From positions 1 through 39,753 of the forward strand of contig CAYXUT010000004.1 in the NCBI GenBank assembly GCA_964468005.1: a DNA stretch of 39,753 nt, written 5' to 3'. Source of the DNA: an uncultured Magnetovibrio sp. Lineage in GTDB: Bacteria > Pseudomonadota > Alphaproteobacteria > Rhodospirillales > Casp-alpha2. Of the stretch, positions 17,143-25,489 are shown in pieces. Numbering within the stretch: position 1 is the first letter of the stretch; each line of letters opens with the position of its first letter. The notes beneath the pieces were generated by a model. It made no database searches and was not told where the DNA came from. It saw only the letters and a list, made by a program, of their open reading frames with translations. Made by a program: the position numbers and the translations under genes.

Positions 17143-18138
17143 TCAAGCCACCAAGATCGCTCGCCCGATGAGCTTACGCTCCATGATCTCAGAGAGAAAC
17201 TCCGGCGCTTTTGCCCATGGGCCGGTCTTGGTGATAGGCGGGTGGATTTTGCCCTCGGCGCACCAGCCCAATAGGGTAGTGGCAGTTTCCAGCATCTTGT
17301 CAGCCTTGTCGTAGCGGTAATAGGTCATGACCATGCCGAGTGCGCGGCGGTTCTTGATTAACAGTCGGTTTGATGGAATTTGCGGAATTTCACCACCGGC
17401 AAAGCCAATGATCACATGCCGCCCCCCCCACGCCAGACTGCTTAGTACATCGGGAAACAGGCTTCCCATCACCGGATCAAACGCCACGTCGACACCCTTG
17501 CCACCGGTCAATTCCATGACCGTCTCTTTGACGGAGACATCGGTGTAATTTATGCCTTCGTCGGCGCCGTAATCCTTGGCCATGGAAAGACGCTCTTCAG
17601 TGCTGGCAACGGCAATGACGCGGGCGCCCATGATTTTGGCAACCTCCACCGCCGCCTGGCCGACCGAGCCGCTTGCGCCAGTCACCAACACCACCTCGCC
17701 TGGCTGAACCTCGGCCTCCCACTTGAGGCCACAGTGCGCCGTCGAAAAGGCCATGGAGATGGCTGCTGCTTCCGGGTAACCAACGCCATCGGGCATTAGC
17801 CAGACCTGACTGGCGTCAACCTTGGCAAACTCCGCCCAGGCATTACCCTTGGAAAGCGCCATCACCGGCGTGCCAATTGCGGGCCCATCAACACCGTCAC
17901 CCAGTTCAGCGATCGTGCCAGCAATTTCCATGCCCGGCACGTAGGGCATCTGATGTTTGATCTGGTGCTTTCCAGACAATTGAAGGCCATCGTGGAAGGC
18001 AACGCCGGCGGCTTTGGTATTGATCAGGATTTCGCCGGGCCCGGCAACAAACTTGGGAAAATCACCAACAATCAGATTCTCAGGCGTGCCGTAGCTCTCA
18101 GCATAGACGGCTCGCATGATCTCGATATCATCACTCAT
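17143..18138 (-). CDS. NADPH:quinone oxidoreductase / MDR-family zinc-type dehydrogenase
   Basis: 331 aa with a GroES-like N-terminal half and Rossmann VLVTGASGSVGQAAVEVAK. The true start may be the internal ATG at 18117 (MRAVYAE...). Confidence 0.85.
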   Translation of the reverse strand: MSDDIEIMRAVYAESYGTPENLIVGDFPKFVAGPGEILINTKAAGVAFHDGLQLSGKHQIKHQMPYVPGMEIAGTIAELGDGVDGPAIGTPVMALSKGNAWAEFAKVDASQVWLMPDGVGYPEAAAISMAFSTAHCGLKWEAEVQPGEVVLVTGASGSVGQAAVEVAKIMGARVIAVASTEERLSMAKDYGADEGINYTDVSVKETVMELTGGKGVDVAFDPVMGSLFPDVLSSLAWGGRHVIIGFAGGEIPQIPSNRLLIKNRRALGMVMTYYRYDKADKMLETATTLLGWCAEGKIHPPITKTGPWAKAPEFLSEIMERKLIGRAILVA

Positions 18139-18186
18139 GGCGGCTTATCAGACTTCTTCCATTTTTGTCGCCAAGACGACAATCAG

Positions 18187-18453
18187 CTACACAGGTTGCG
18201 GCTTGACTGGACTTATGAAGGTCTTCTTGCGACCAATCCATTCGGTGATCTGGATCAAAAGTGCAGGCACCGCGCCTTCTTCCGCTTTCGGTTGTTCGAC
18301 CTCCTCGAAGTTGCAAAGCCCGTTGGGATTGAGAAAAAACGAGTGATCCCCGAAAGGTTCACGCAGCTGCTCGACCGAGGTATCGTTTTTGGGATCTGGC
18401 GGCACACTAGTTTGGTTTTCCACAATGGCGACCTGGTTGGTGTCGAATTTCAT
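18187..18453 (-). CDS. hypothetical small protein (88 aa)
   Basis: The ATG at 18453 is preceded by a strong AGGAG SD. The track start at 18492 lacks one. Codon usage is host-like. The gene lies 75 nt downstream of pntB on the same strand. No motif recognised. Confidence 0.55.
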   Translation of the reverse strand: MKFDTNQVAIVENQTSVPPDPKNDTSVEQLREPFGDHSFFLNPNGLCNFEEVEQPKAEEGAVPALLIQITEWIGRKKTFISPVKPQPV

Positions 18454-18528
18454 GTTTGAAACTCCTAAACAACTTGCGGCAGGACAGGTCAAGCCGTCCA
18501 GTCCCCATGGGGTTTTCCGAATGTCAAA

Positions 18529-19923
18529 TCAGCCTAGTGCCTGGACGATTTCCTCGGTCATTTTTTTAGCATCACCGAACAGCATTAGCGTGTTGTCAGC
18601 ATAGAACAGCGGATTGTCAACACCCGCATAACCAACGCTGAGCGAGCGCTTGACGAACAGCACAGTGCCTGATTTCTCAACGTCGAGAATCGGCATGCCG
18701 GCGATCGCGCTGGTCGGGTCCGTTTTTGCCACCGGGTTGGTGGTATCGTTAGCACCGATGACATAGGCCACGTCGGCAGTGGAGAATTCGTGGTTAATCT
18801 CCTCCAACTCGAAGACCTCGTCATAAGGCACGTTGGCCTCGGCCAGAAGCACGTTCATATGCCCTGGCATACGGCCAGCCACTGGATGGATGGCGTAGGC
18901 GACCTCAACCCCTTCCGCCTTCAGAAGATCGCACATCTCGCGTAGTGCGTGCTGAGCCTGTGACACGGCCATGCCATAGCCAGGTACAATGATCACCTTG
19001 TTGGCGTTCTTCATCAAAAATGCTGCATCGTCAGCAGCACCGGCTTTGGCGTTCATATCGCTCGTGTCGGCGCCACCGGCAGCGACGGCATCTCCGCCGA
19101 ATCCACCCAACAGCACATTGACGATCGAGCGGTTCATACCCTTACACATGATGTAGCTGAGTATGGCACCCGATGAGCCTACCAGCGCACCGGTCACAAT
19201 CAGCGCCGGATTTGAAAGCGTGAAGCCGATACCGCAAGCGGCCCAGCCTGAATACGAGTTGAGCATAGAAACCACGACAGGCATGTCGGCGCCGCCAATG
19301 GGAAGGATCAGTAGAAAGCCAATGGCGAAGCTGAGAAAGACCAAGATCCAGAACAAGGTCTCGGTCTGCCAGCCGACCACCAGCGCAATGATTAGACTGG
19401 AGATCAAAGCGCCGATCAGTGCATTGAGCATGTGCTGCATGGAGAAGGTAATGGGATTCCCACTCATCACGCCCTGTAGCTTGGCAAAGGCGATAATCGA
19501 GCCCGAGAAGGTAATAGCACCAATAGCGAGGCCCAGAGACAGTTCAATAATGCTGGCCGTTTGAATTTGCCCAAAAGTTCCAATGCCGTAAGCTTCTGGA
19601 TTGTAGAAAGCTGCGGCACCGACGAACACGGCAGCCAAACCAACTAGCGAGTGAAAGGCGGCGACCAATTGCGGCAGGGCTGTCATCTCGATTTTCTTAG
19701 CAATGATTGTTCCGATAGCGCCACCGATAAGAATGCCAAGGACGATCATTTCAAAGCTGACAATCGATGGATCTGCCAAGGTCGTGCCGATGGCGATGAT
19801 CATGCCGATGATACCGTAACGGTTACCCTGACGCGCCGATTCGGGCGAGGAAAGCCCGCGCAGGGCCAGGATAAACAGTACCGAGGCGATGAGATAGGCG
19901 AAGCCCGTGAGTTGTGCACTCAT
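18529..19923 (-). CDS. pntB: NAD(P) transhydrogenase subunit beta
   Basis: 464 aa with a polytopic N-terminal part plus a dIII domain (GYGMAVSQAQH, HPVAGRMPGHMNVLLAEA). GGGGAAG SD. Confidence 0.93.
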   Translation of the reverse strand: MSAQLTGFAYLIASVLFILALRGLSSPESARQGNRYGIIGMIIAIGTTLADPSIVSFEMIVLGILIGGAIGTIIAKKIEMTALPQLVAAFHSLVGLAAVFVGAAAFYNPEAYGIGTFGQIQTASIIELSLGLAIGAITFSGSIIAFAKLQGVMSGNPITFSMQHMLNALIGALISSLIIALVVGWQTETLFWILVFLSFAIGFLLILPIGGADMPVVVSMLNSYSGWAACGIGFTLSNPALIVTGALVGSSGAILSYIMCKGMNRSIVNVLLGGFGGDAVAAGGADTSDMNAKAGAADDAAFLMKNANKVIIVPGYGMAVSQAQHALREMCDLLKAEGVEVAYAIHPVAGRMPGHMNVLLAEANVPYDEVFELEEINHEFSTADVAYVIGANDTTNPVAKTDPTSAIAGMPILDVEKSGTVLFVKRSLSVGYAGVDNPLFYADNTLMLFGDAKKMTEEIVQALG

Positions 19924-19935
19924 GTTCCGCTTCCC

Positions 19936-20343
19936 CTATTTCTTCTTCTTAAACATGGCGAGCATTCGCTGGGTCACGATAAACCCACCAAAAATGTTTA
20001 CCGACGCTAAGGTGACGGCGCAAAAGCCCATAACCTTGGAGAAGTCCATGTCTGCGGGTCCGGCGGCAAGTAAGCCACCGACGATAATCACCGACGAAAT
20101 AGCGTTGGTTACCGCCATCAAGGGTGAGTGCAGCGCCGGGGTGACGCTCCATACGACATAGAAACCAATGAAGCAGGCCAGTACGAAAATCGTAAACAGG
20201 CTCAAGAAATCCATGCTCGCTGTGGCACTCCCGGCATCAACCAACTGGGTTGTCTGATCGGCCAGTTTCTTCGCTTCTTCGAGCAGCTTCGAGGCGTTTG
20301 TTGCGACCTTCGAGGCTTGATCCTGAATGGTTGCAGCATCCAT
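19936..20343 (-). CDS. pntAB: NAD(P) transhydrogenase subunit alpha part 2 (membrane dII fragment)
   Basis: 135 aa from the ATG at 20343 (MDAATIQ...). AAGGAGG SD, and the start lies 1 nt after the pntAA stop. It has hydrophobic helices with TPALHSPLMAVTNAISSVIIVG. The track extension to 20403 overlaps pntAA. Confidence 0.85.
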   Translation of the reverse strand: MDAATIQDQASKVATNASKLLEEAKKLADQTTQLVDAGSATASMDFLSLFTIFVLACFIGFYVVWSVTPALHSPLMAVTNAISSVIIVGGLLAAGPADMDFSKVMGFCAVTLASVNIFGGFIVTQRMLAMFKKKK

Positions 20344-20344
20344 C

Positions 20345-21523
20345 TCAGCCCTCCTTCTTGGCAATCGGCTTCTTGGCCGGCGCTTTTTTAGCCGCCGGCA
20401 CACGCTCGTTGACCACTTTGCCGTCTTTGGTCACTAGCGCCCCGGTCACGGTCTCGTCTTCCCAATCGAAGTTGAGACCGCCCTTTTCCTTGTCGACCAT
20501 GGGCGTAATGAAGTTCAAAAGATTGCGCCCAAATAGCGACGATGCGCTCTCTGCGATGCGCCCCGGCACATTGGCGTGGCCAACGATCTTGACACGATTG
20601 GCGGTTTCCACCACCTGAGCTAGTTTTGCACCCTCGACGTTGCCGCCGGCCTCAACCGCGAGATCAACGATCACACTACCCGGCTGCATGGAAGCGACCA
20701 TTTCCTTGGTCACCAGGATCGGCGCGGCGCGGCCCGGTATCAACGCCGTGGTGATGACAAGGTCTTGCTTCTTGATGTGCTCGGCAACCACTGCCTTTTG
20801 CTTGGCGAAATATTCTGGCGGCATCTCCTTGGCATAGCCCGCGTCGGTCTCCGCATCCCTTTCCATCTCGTCATCGACAGTCAAGAATTTACCGCCTAGG
20901 CTCTGCACCTGTTCGCGCGTGGCGGGCCTGACATCGGTGGCAGTCACCACGGCGCCCAAGCGCTTGGCAGTAGCAATAGCCTGCAAACCGGCGACCCCGA
21001 CACCCATGATAAAGGCTTTCGCCGGCGGCACGGTGCCGGCGGCGGTCATCATCATCGGAAAGGCGCGGCCAAATTCAGCAGCACCATCAAGCACCGCCTT
21101 GTAGCCGGCCAAGTTGGCCTGCGATGATAGGATATCCATACTCTGCGCGCGGGAGATGCGCGGCATCAGTTCCATGGCAAACGAGGTAACACCGGCCTTG
21201 GCCAGCGCCGCCACGCCGGTTCCGTCAGTGAGCGCGTCGAGGGATGCCAGCAGTATGGCACCTTTTTTCATCTTGCCTACTTCGTCGCCCAGGGGCGCGC
21301 GGATTTTCCAAGTCATGTCGGCGTTCTTCAACGCCGTGGCAGCGTCCTTAGCGATAGAGGCGCCAGCTTCTTTGTAGGCCTCGTCGATAAACGACGAACT
21401 TAGCCCGGCCCCCATTTCAACAGCAACATCGAAACCCAGTCCGACCAGCTTCCCTACCACCTCCGGTGATGCTGCGACCCGGCTCTCGCCATCACGAGTT
21501 TCCTTAGGTATGGCAATCTTCAT
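20345..21523 (-). CDS. pntAA: NAD(P) transhydrogenase subunit alpha part 1 (dI, NAD(H)-binding)
   Basis: 392 aa from the ATG at 21523 (MKIAIPKETRDGESRVA) with an AGAGG SD, and Rossmann GVGVAGLQAIATAKRLGA. The track's 40-codon extension to 21643 lacks homology-like sequence. Confidence 0.92.
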   Translation of the reverse strand: MKIAIPKETRDGESRVAASPEVVGKLVGLGFDVAVEMGAGLSSSFIDEAYKEAGASIAKDAATALKNADMTWKIRAPLGDEVGKMKKGAILLASLDALTDGTGVAALAKAGVTSFAMELMPRISRAQSMDILSSQANLAGYKAVLDGAAEFGRAFPMMMTAAGTVPPAKAFIMGVGVAGLQAIATAKRLGAVVTATDVRPATREQVQSLGGKFLTVDDEMERDAETDAGYAKEMPPEYFAKQKAVVAEHIKKQDLVITTALIPGRAAPILVTKEMVASMQPGSVIVDLAVEAGGNVEGAKLAQVVETANRVKIVGHANVPGRIAESASSLFGRNLLNFITPMVDKEKGGLNFDWEDETVTGALVTKDGKVVNERVPAAKKAPAKKPIAKKEG

Positions 21524-21711
21524 GTTGGAACCTCTTGATCTGCGATCCTGAACCGGAATCTCTTTCCTCCGACCGTGCAATCTTGAGTTTTTCGAGACGG
21601 TTATCCTTGATCCTAAGTCAAGCAAGAGCAGAAAAACCATCATGCCGGGGGGGAGAGCGGGGGGAATATGAACAAGTTGAACCGGACTCGCAACACCTTA
21701 CGCCCGCCCAG

Positions 21712-22833
21712 CTACTGTTTTGGGAAGTAGTCCTGGCAATCTCCCTCGCGGTAGACGTCAGTGGTCGCGCAATGCAGTCCGCCACCGAAAGGATAGGAAT
21801 CTCGGAACGGTATCGGTATGACGTTGAAACCGAAGCTGTCGAGCTGGTCCAACTGATGCACCTCGCTAGCTTCAGCGCAGACGGTTTTTTCATCGATCAT
21901 TAGCACATTCATGGATAGCCAAACGGAGGAATAACAAAGCGGCGGCGGCTCGTTATGGGCCGGTCGCGCCGCATTAACGATCTCCCAGCCGTTGCGCTGG
22001 AAGAAGCTGCGCTGCTCGTCAGGTAGGCGGCGCTCGGGATTGTTGATGATCAAGCCCGGCCGGAGCGGTGTAAAAGTCGCGTCAATATGAATTGGATAGG
22101 GATCTCCCGGAAAATTCACCGCATGCACTCGGAGCCCAGGGAAATGGCGCTGCAACCAATCGATTCCTTTAAGATTGGTAGTGAATCCATGCTGGACCAC
22201 CAGATCCTTGCCGAAGCGCAGGCAATCAGCGGCATCAAACAACGGCTCTTCTTCCGTGGTGACAAAGTCCTTTCTCGAGACCATTTCAAGACGCTCATCG
22301 ATAGTGATGTCGTCGGAGAGATAATTTGCTTTATAGGATGCGTCGGTGAGGCGCGGTTTCGGTGCTGCTTCGTGGCGCATTTTTGGATCTTCGTCATAGA
22401 AGCGCTGCAACAACGGGCGGTAGCAGAGATATTCGAACCAGCGCGAACGGTACGACATGGTCGCTTCCAGCATCTCCGAGCCGACTGTGAGGATAACATC
22501 CCTCGGCGGTTGGCAGCCGAACATCGAGCCATGCTGCCAGTCCGGCGTTCCAATGTCCTGGTTGAAGTCGATGGGATCGGGCCGGTCGACGCGCACGCCA
22601 TGCTGTTCGAGGATTTTCGTCAGATTGTCGAGCTGTGCGTTGGCTTTCTCTACGGCTTCAGCTGATCTCGGCCCATGCATGCCGCGCATGTCGCTATCGG
22701 CCGGAATCTTGGGGTCAGATGCCGGTTCGGACGGAGGAATGCAGCATCCGTCAGCACGCCCGACGATGATATGCTTCAGCGGATCCCACTCGTTCCAAGA
22801 ATTGACGACGGTCTTGATCTCGGTGACAGCCAT
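21712..22833 (-). CDS. amidinotransferase, L-arginine:glycine amidinotransferase (AGAT/StrB1)-like
   Basis: 373 aa from the ATG at 22833 (GGGAG SD). NEWDPLKHIIVGRA, RSRWFEY, FDAADCLRFGKD, PIHIDATF, WLSMNVLMIDEK and GGGLHCATTDV match animal AGAT along the whole length by eye. Confidence 0.85.
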   Translation of the reverse strand: MAVTEIKTVVNSWNEWDPLKHIIVGRADGCCIPPSEPASDPKIPADSDMRGMHGPRSAEAVEKANAQLDNLTKILEQHGVRVDRPDPIDFNQDIGTPDWQHGSMFGCQPPRDVILTVGSEMLEATMSYRSRWFEYLCYRPLLQRFYDEDPKMRHEAAPKPRLTDASYKANYLSDDITIDERLEMVSRKDFVTTEEEPLFDAADCLRFGKDLVVQHGFTTNLKGIDWLQRHFPGLRVHAVNFPGDPYPIHIDATFTPLRPGLIINNPERRLPDEQRSFFQRNGWEIVNAARPAHNEPPPLCYSSVWLSMNVLMIDEKTVCAEASEVHQLDQLDSFGFNVIPIPFRDSYPFGGGLHCATTDVYREGDCQDYFPKQ

Positions 22834-22864
22834 GGCATTCTCCCTCAAAATATATCGAGGCGTT

Positions 22865-22893
22865 TTGACAAACATCTCGAGCCAGGTAAAGAT
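22865..22893 (+). promoter_or_regulatory. candidate promoter for the GST/CoA-transferase pair (possibly a leaderless mRNA)
   Basis: Consensus -35 TTGACA (22865..22870), a 17-nt spacer, then a weak -10 AAAGAT (22888..22893). The GST ATG at 22900 is 7 nt downstream and has no SD. Confidence 0.3.
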
Positions 22894-22899
22894 CTTTCA

Positions 22900-23532
22900 A
22901 TGACAATCAAGCGCACGCTCTGGGGCATCGGCACCTCGCGAACGATCCGCGCCCATTGGGCGTTAATCGAACTCGGCCTCAATTACGAAACCAAGACGAT
23001 CCGTACCCGCACGCCGGAAATGGAAACGCCGGAGTTTCTCGCCGTCAATCCGCGCCGCAAGGTACCGGTGCTGGTCGATGGCGATCTGATCATCACCGAG
23101 AGCCCGGCCATCGTCACCTACTTAGCGGAGCGGTATTCAACGGAATATAATCAACTCATCCCGGAGGCAGTTGAGGCGCGTGCGCGCTATTTCGAATGGA
23201 TGTCATTCATCACCATGGAGTTGGATGCCACCTCGCTTTATGTGCTGCGTCGGCACGTCGATCTTCCGCATATCTACGGTGAAGCGCCTGCTGCTTGCGA
23301 GACGGCACGCGCCTATTTCCAGCGCATGATGGAGACCGCCGCTCCCGACGTGGCCGCCGGCGGCAATTTTCTGCTTGGCGACAACTTCTCTGGGGCCGAT
23401 ATCCTGATGGCCAGTTGCCTAATCTCCGCAGATCTCTACGATTTCCAACTACCGGTCGAATACACCGAGTATCGCGAACGGGTGATGGCAAGACCTGTCT
23501 ACAAAAAAGCCATAAAGGCAAACTATCCATGA
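22900..23532 (+). CDS. glutathione S-transferase family protein
   Basis: 210 aa from the ATG at 22900. The thioredoxin-like N-terminus (LWGIGTSRTIRAHWALIELGLNYE, VPVLVDGDLIITESPAIVTYL) is followed by a helical C-terminal domain. The track ORF from 22675 is an in-frame extension across the divergent AGAT gene. Confidence 0.85.
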   Translation: MTIKRTLWGIGTSRTIRAHWALIELGLNYETKTIRTRTPEMETPEFLAVNPRRKVPVLVDGDLIITESPAIVTYLAERYSTEYNQLIPEAVEARARYFEWMSFITMELDATSLYVLRRHVDLPHIYGEAPAACETARAYFQRMMETAAPDVAAGGNFLLGDNFSGADILMASCLISADLYDFQLPVEYTEYRERVMARPVYKKAIKANYP

Positions 23533-24722
23533 GTGAAGTTTCACCTGACGCCGGCCCACTTGCCGGATACCGCATCGTCGACGCCACGGCTGTCGTCTCC
23601 GGCCCCGCCGCCATGGGGCTTTTGGCCGACCAGGGCGCCGACGTTATCAAGATCGAAAGCCCGACGGGTGACATCATGCGCCATCGAGGGGAGGAGCCGG
23701 GCATGACGGCCGGTTTTGTTTCATGCAATCGGGGCAAACGCTCGGTGACGCTCGATCTCAAAAAGCCAGAAGCCGCCGATATCCTCTGGCGTCTAATCGA
23801 AAACGCCGACGTTTTTGCGCAGAACTACCGCCCCGGCGTCATTGAGCGTTTGGGCTTTGATGCGGAAGAGGCGTTGAAACACAACCCGAAGCTGGTATAT
23901 CTCTCGATCAGCGGCGTCGGCAATACCGGGCCCTATGCTGACAAGCGCGTCTACGATCCCGTTGTACAGGCGCTATCGGGTATTACTGAGATTCAGGCCG
24001 ATGCCGAAACAGGCAGTCCAAAGATGATCCGCGACATCGTTGCCGACAAGACCACAGCCGTCTATGCTGCTCAGGCGGTGACGGCGGCGCTGGTGGCCCG
24101 CCACCGCACCGGCAAGGGTCAGCACGTACAAGTCTCCATGCTCGACACCGTCGTTTCCTACATTTGGCCGGAAGGCATGGTACCGTTTACCAAGATCGGT
24201 GCCGAGGAACTAGATAACAAGTCGACGGCACATGACATGATTTTTCCGACATCCGACGGCTATATCACCTTGGGCGCGGTGTCGGATGCCGAGTGGAAAG
24301 CGCTTTGCGAAGCCGTTGGCCGACCCGAACTAATTAATGACCCGCGCTTCAAGACCGCAGCGCTCCGCAACACCAACCGCCAAGCAAGGCTGGAAACCAT
24401 CGAAGCAACGCTCGGCGAACTAGGCCGTGACGAGACACTGACCAAGCTTCAGGCCGCCGACGTACCTTGCGCCCCGGTGCTGTCACGCTGGGAGATGCTG
24501 GACCACGAACAGATTAAGGCCAGCGATCTAATTCATGAACTCTACCAGCCCGGCATGGGGCGGATCCGCCAAGCCAGGCCCGCCGCCAAGTTCGATGCGA
24601 CGCCGGTCCATCTGCCACGTAGCGCTGCGCAACTGGGCGAGCACACGGCAGAGGTGCTCACTGAGCTTGGTTTTAATTCGGAAGAAATTGTGCGCTTCCG
24701 CGACGCCCGCATCATTGGTTAA
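23529..24722 (+). CDS. family III CoA-transferase (CaiB/BaiF family)
   Basis: 397 aa from the ATG at 23529. The start overlaps the GST stop in ATGA. LAGYRIVDATAVVSGPAAMGLLADQGADVIKIE and NYRPGVIERLGF are typical of the family. Confidence 0.88.
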   Translation: MSEVSPDAGPLAGYRIVDATAVVSGPAAMGLLADQGADVIKIESPTGDIMRHRGEEPGMTAGFVSCNRGKRSVTLDLKKPEAADILWRLIENADVFAQNYRPGVIERLGFDAEEALKHNPKLVYLSISGVGNTGPYADKRVYDPVVQALSGITEIQADAETGSPKMIRDIVADKTTAVYAAQAVTAALVARHRTGKGQHVQVSMLDTVVSYIWPEGMVPFTKIGAEELDNKSTAHDMIFPTSDGYITLGAVSDAEWKALCEAVGRPELINDPRFKTAALRNTNRQARLETIEATLGELGRDETLTKLQAADVPCAPVLSRWEMLDHEQIKASDLIHELYQPGMGRIRQARPAAKFDATPVHLPRSAAQLGEHTAEVLTELGFNSEEIVRFRDARIIG

Positions 24723-25015
24723 TTCGAACACCGTTAGATCGACGAGCAATCTTTGTTTAGCAACATTGTTGGCCGCAACTTGCCAAGTTTCGAAAGGCCT
24801 CCGGCGGTGACCACGCGACTTCCAATAACAGAGCATTGGGCAAAGCACGCCACCGAGGGATCCACGTCCGCGGAACGCATCAAGCAAATAGGAACAGAGT
24901 GGCAGCCTCTCTCTTGCTACGGCTTCGCTACTGACATCATTCGGCCGACGTTGCATGACTGACCTTAAGACCCGGCGCCATGATGGCTATTCGGGGTTAT
25001 TCGGGCAGCCTCCGA

Positions 25016-25414
25016 TTACTCCGGCCTTTTGGCAATCATGTCAATCTCGACCAGCGCGCCGCGTGCCAAACCCGCAACCCCAACGCAGGTGCGGGCCGGT
25101 AGGCGGTCGGGCGCGAAGTAGGCCTTATACGTCTCGTTCATAGCGTCGTAATCGCGCTCGAAATTGGTGATGAAAACGCGCGCCGAAAGCACATTCACAA
25201 GCCCGAGCCCAAGGCCTTCTAGAACAATGATCAGATTGTCCATAACCCGTTTGGTTTGGGATACGACCCCCACCGGGAGTGGCTTAGAATCATCGTTAGG
25301 ATCCGTAGGCATCTGGCCGGTCAATTGGATCCATCCATCGCACTCGACAGCATGGCTGAAAGGCGCCACATGGGTCGGCGCGCCGGAAAAATTATGAAAG
25401 ATCGGCCCCGGCAT
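25016..25414 (-). CDS. RidA/YjgF/TdcF-family protein
   Basis: 132 aa from the ATG at 25414 (GGGAGG SD 6 nt upstream). The C-terminal PARTCVGVAGLARGALVEIDMIA is typical of RidA-family proteins. Confidence 0.85.
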   Translation of the reverse strand: MPGPIFHNFSGAPTHVAPFSHAVECDGWIQLTGQMPTDPNDDSKPLPVGVVSQTKRVMDNLIIVLEGLGLGLVNVLSARVFITNFERDYDAMNETYKAYFAPDRLPARTCVGVAGLARGALVEIDMIAKRPE

Positions 25415-25489
25415 CAAAAGCCTCCCTATTTCGATAATCGGCAGGCATCATACTAACGCTATTACGCGTCCAGAAAAGAGGCTATCGCG

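Noticed and set aside
18503-18512. CCCCATGGGG palindrome followed by TTTT, just downstream of pntB.
   Set aside because: The stem would have too small a loop to be stable. The T-run is on the plus strand, whereas the adjacent genes are on the minus strand, so it is not a plausible pntB terminator.
21524-21643. N-terminal extensions in the track for pntAA (to 21643), pntAB (to 20403), pepF (to 30071), GST (from 22675), the CoA-transferase (from 23295), the epimerase (to 36861) and the amidinotransferase (to 22875).
   Set aside because: The extensions overlap neighbouring genes or lack homology-like sequence. Internal ATGs with SD motifs give family-typical N-termini.
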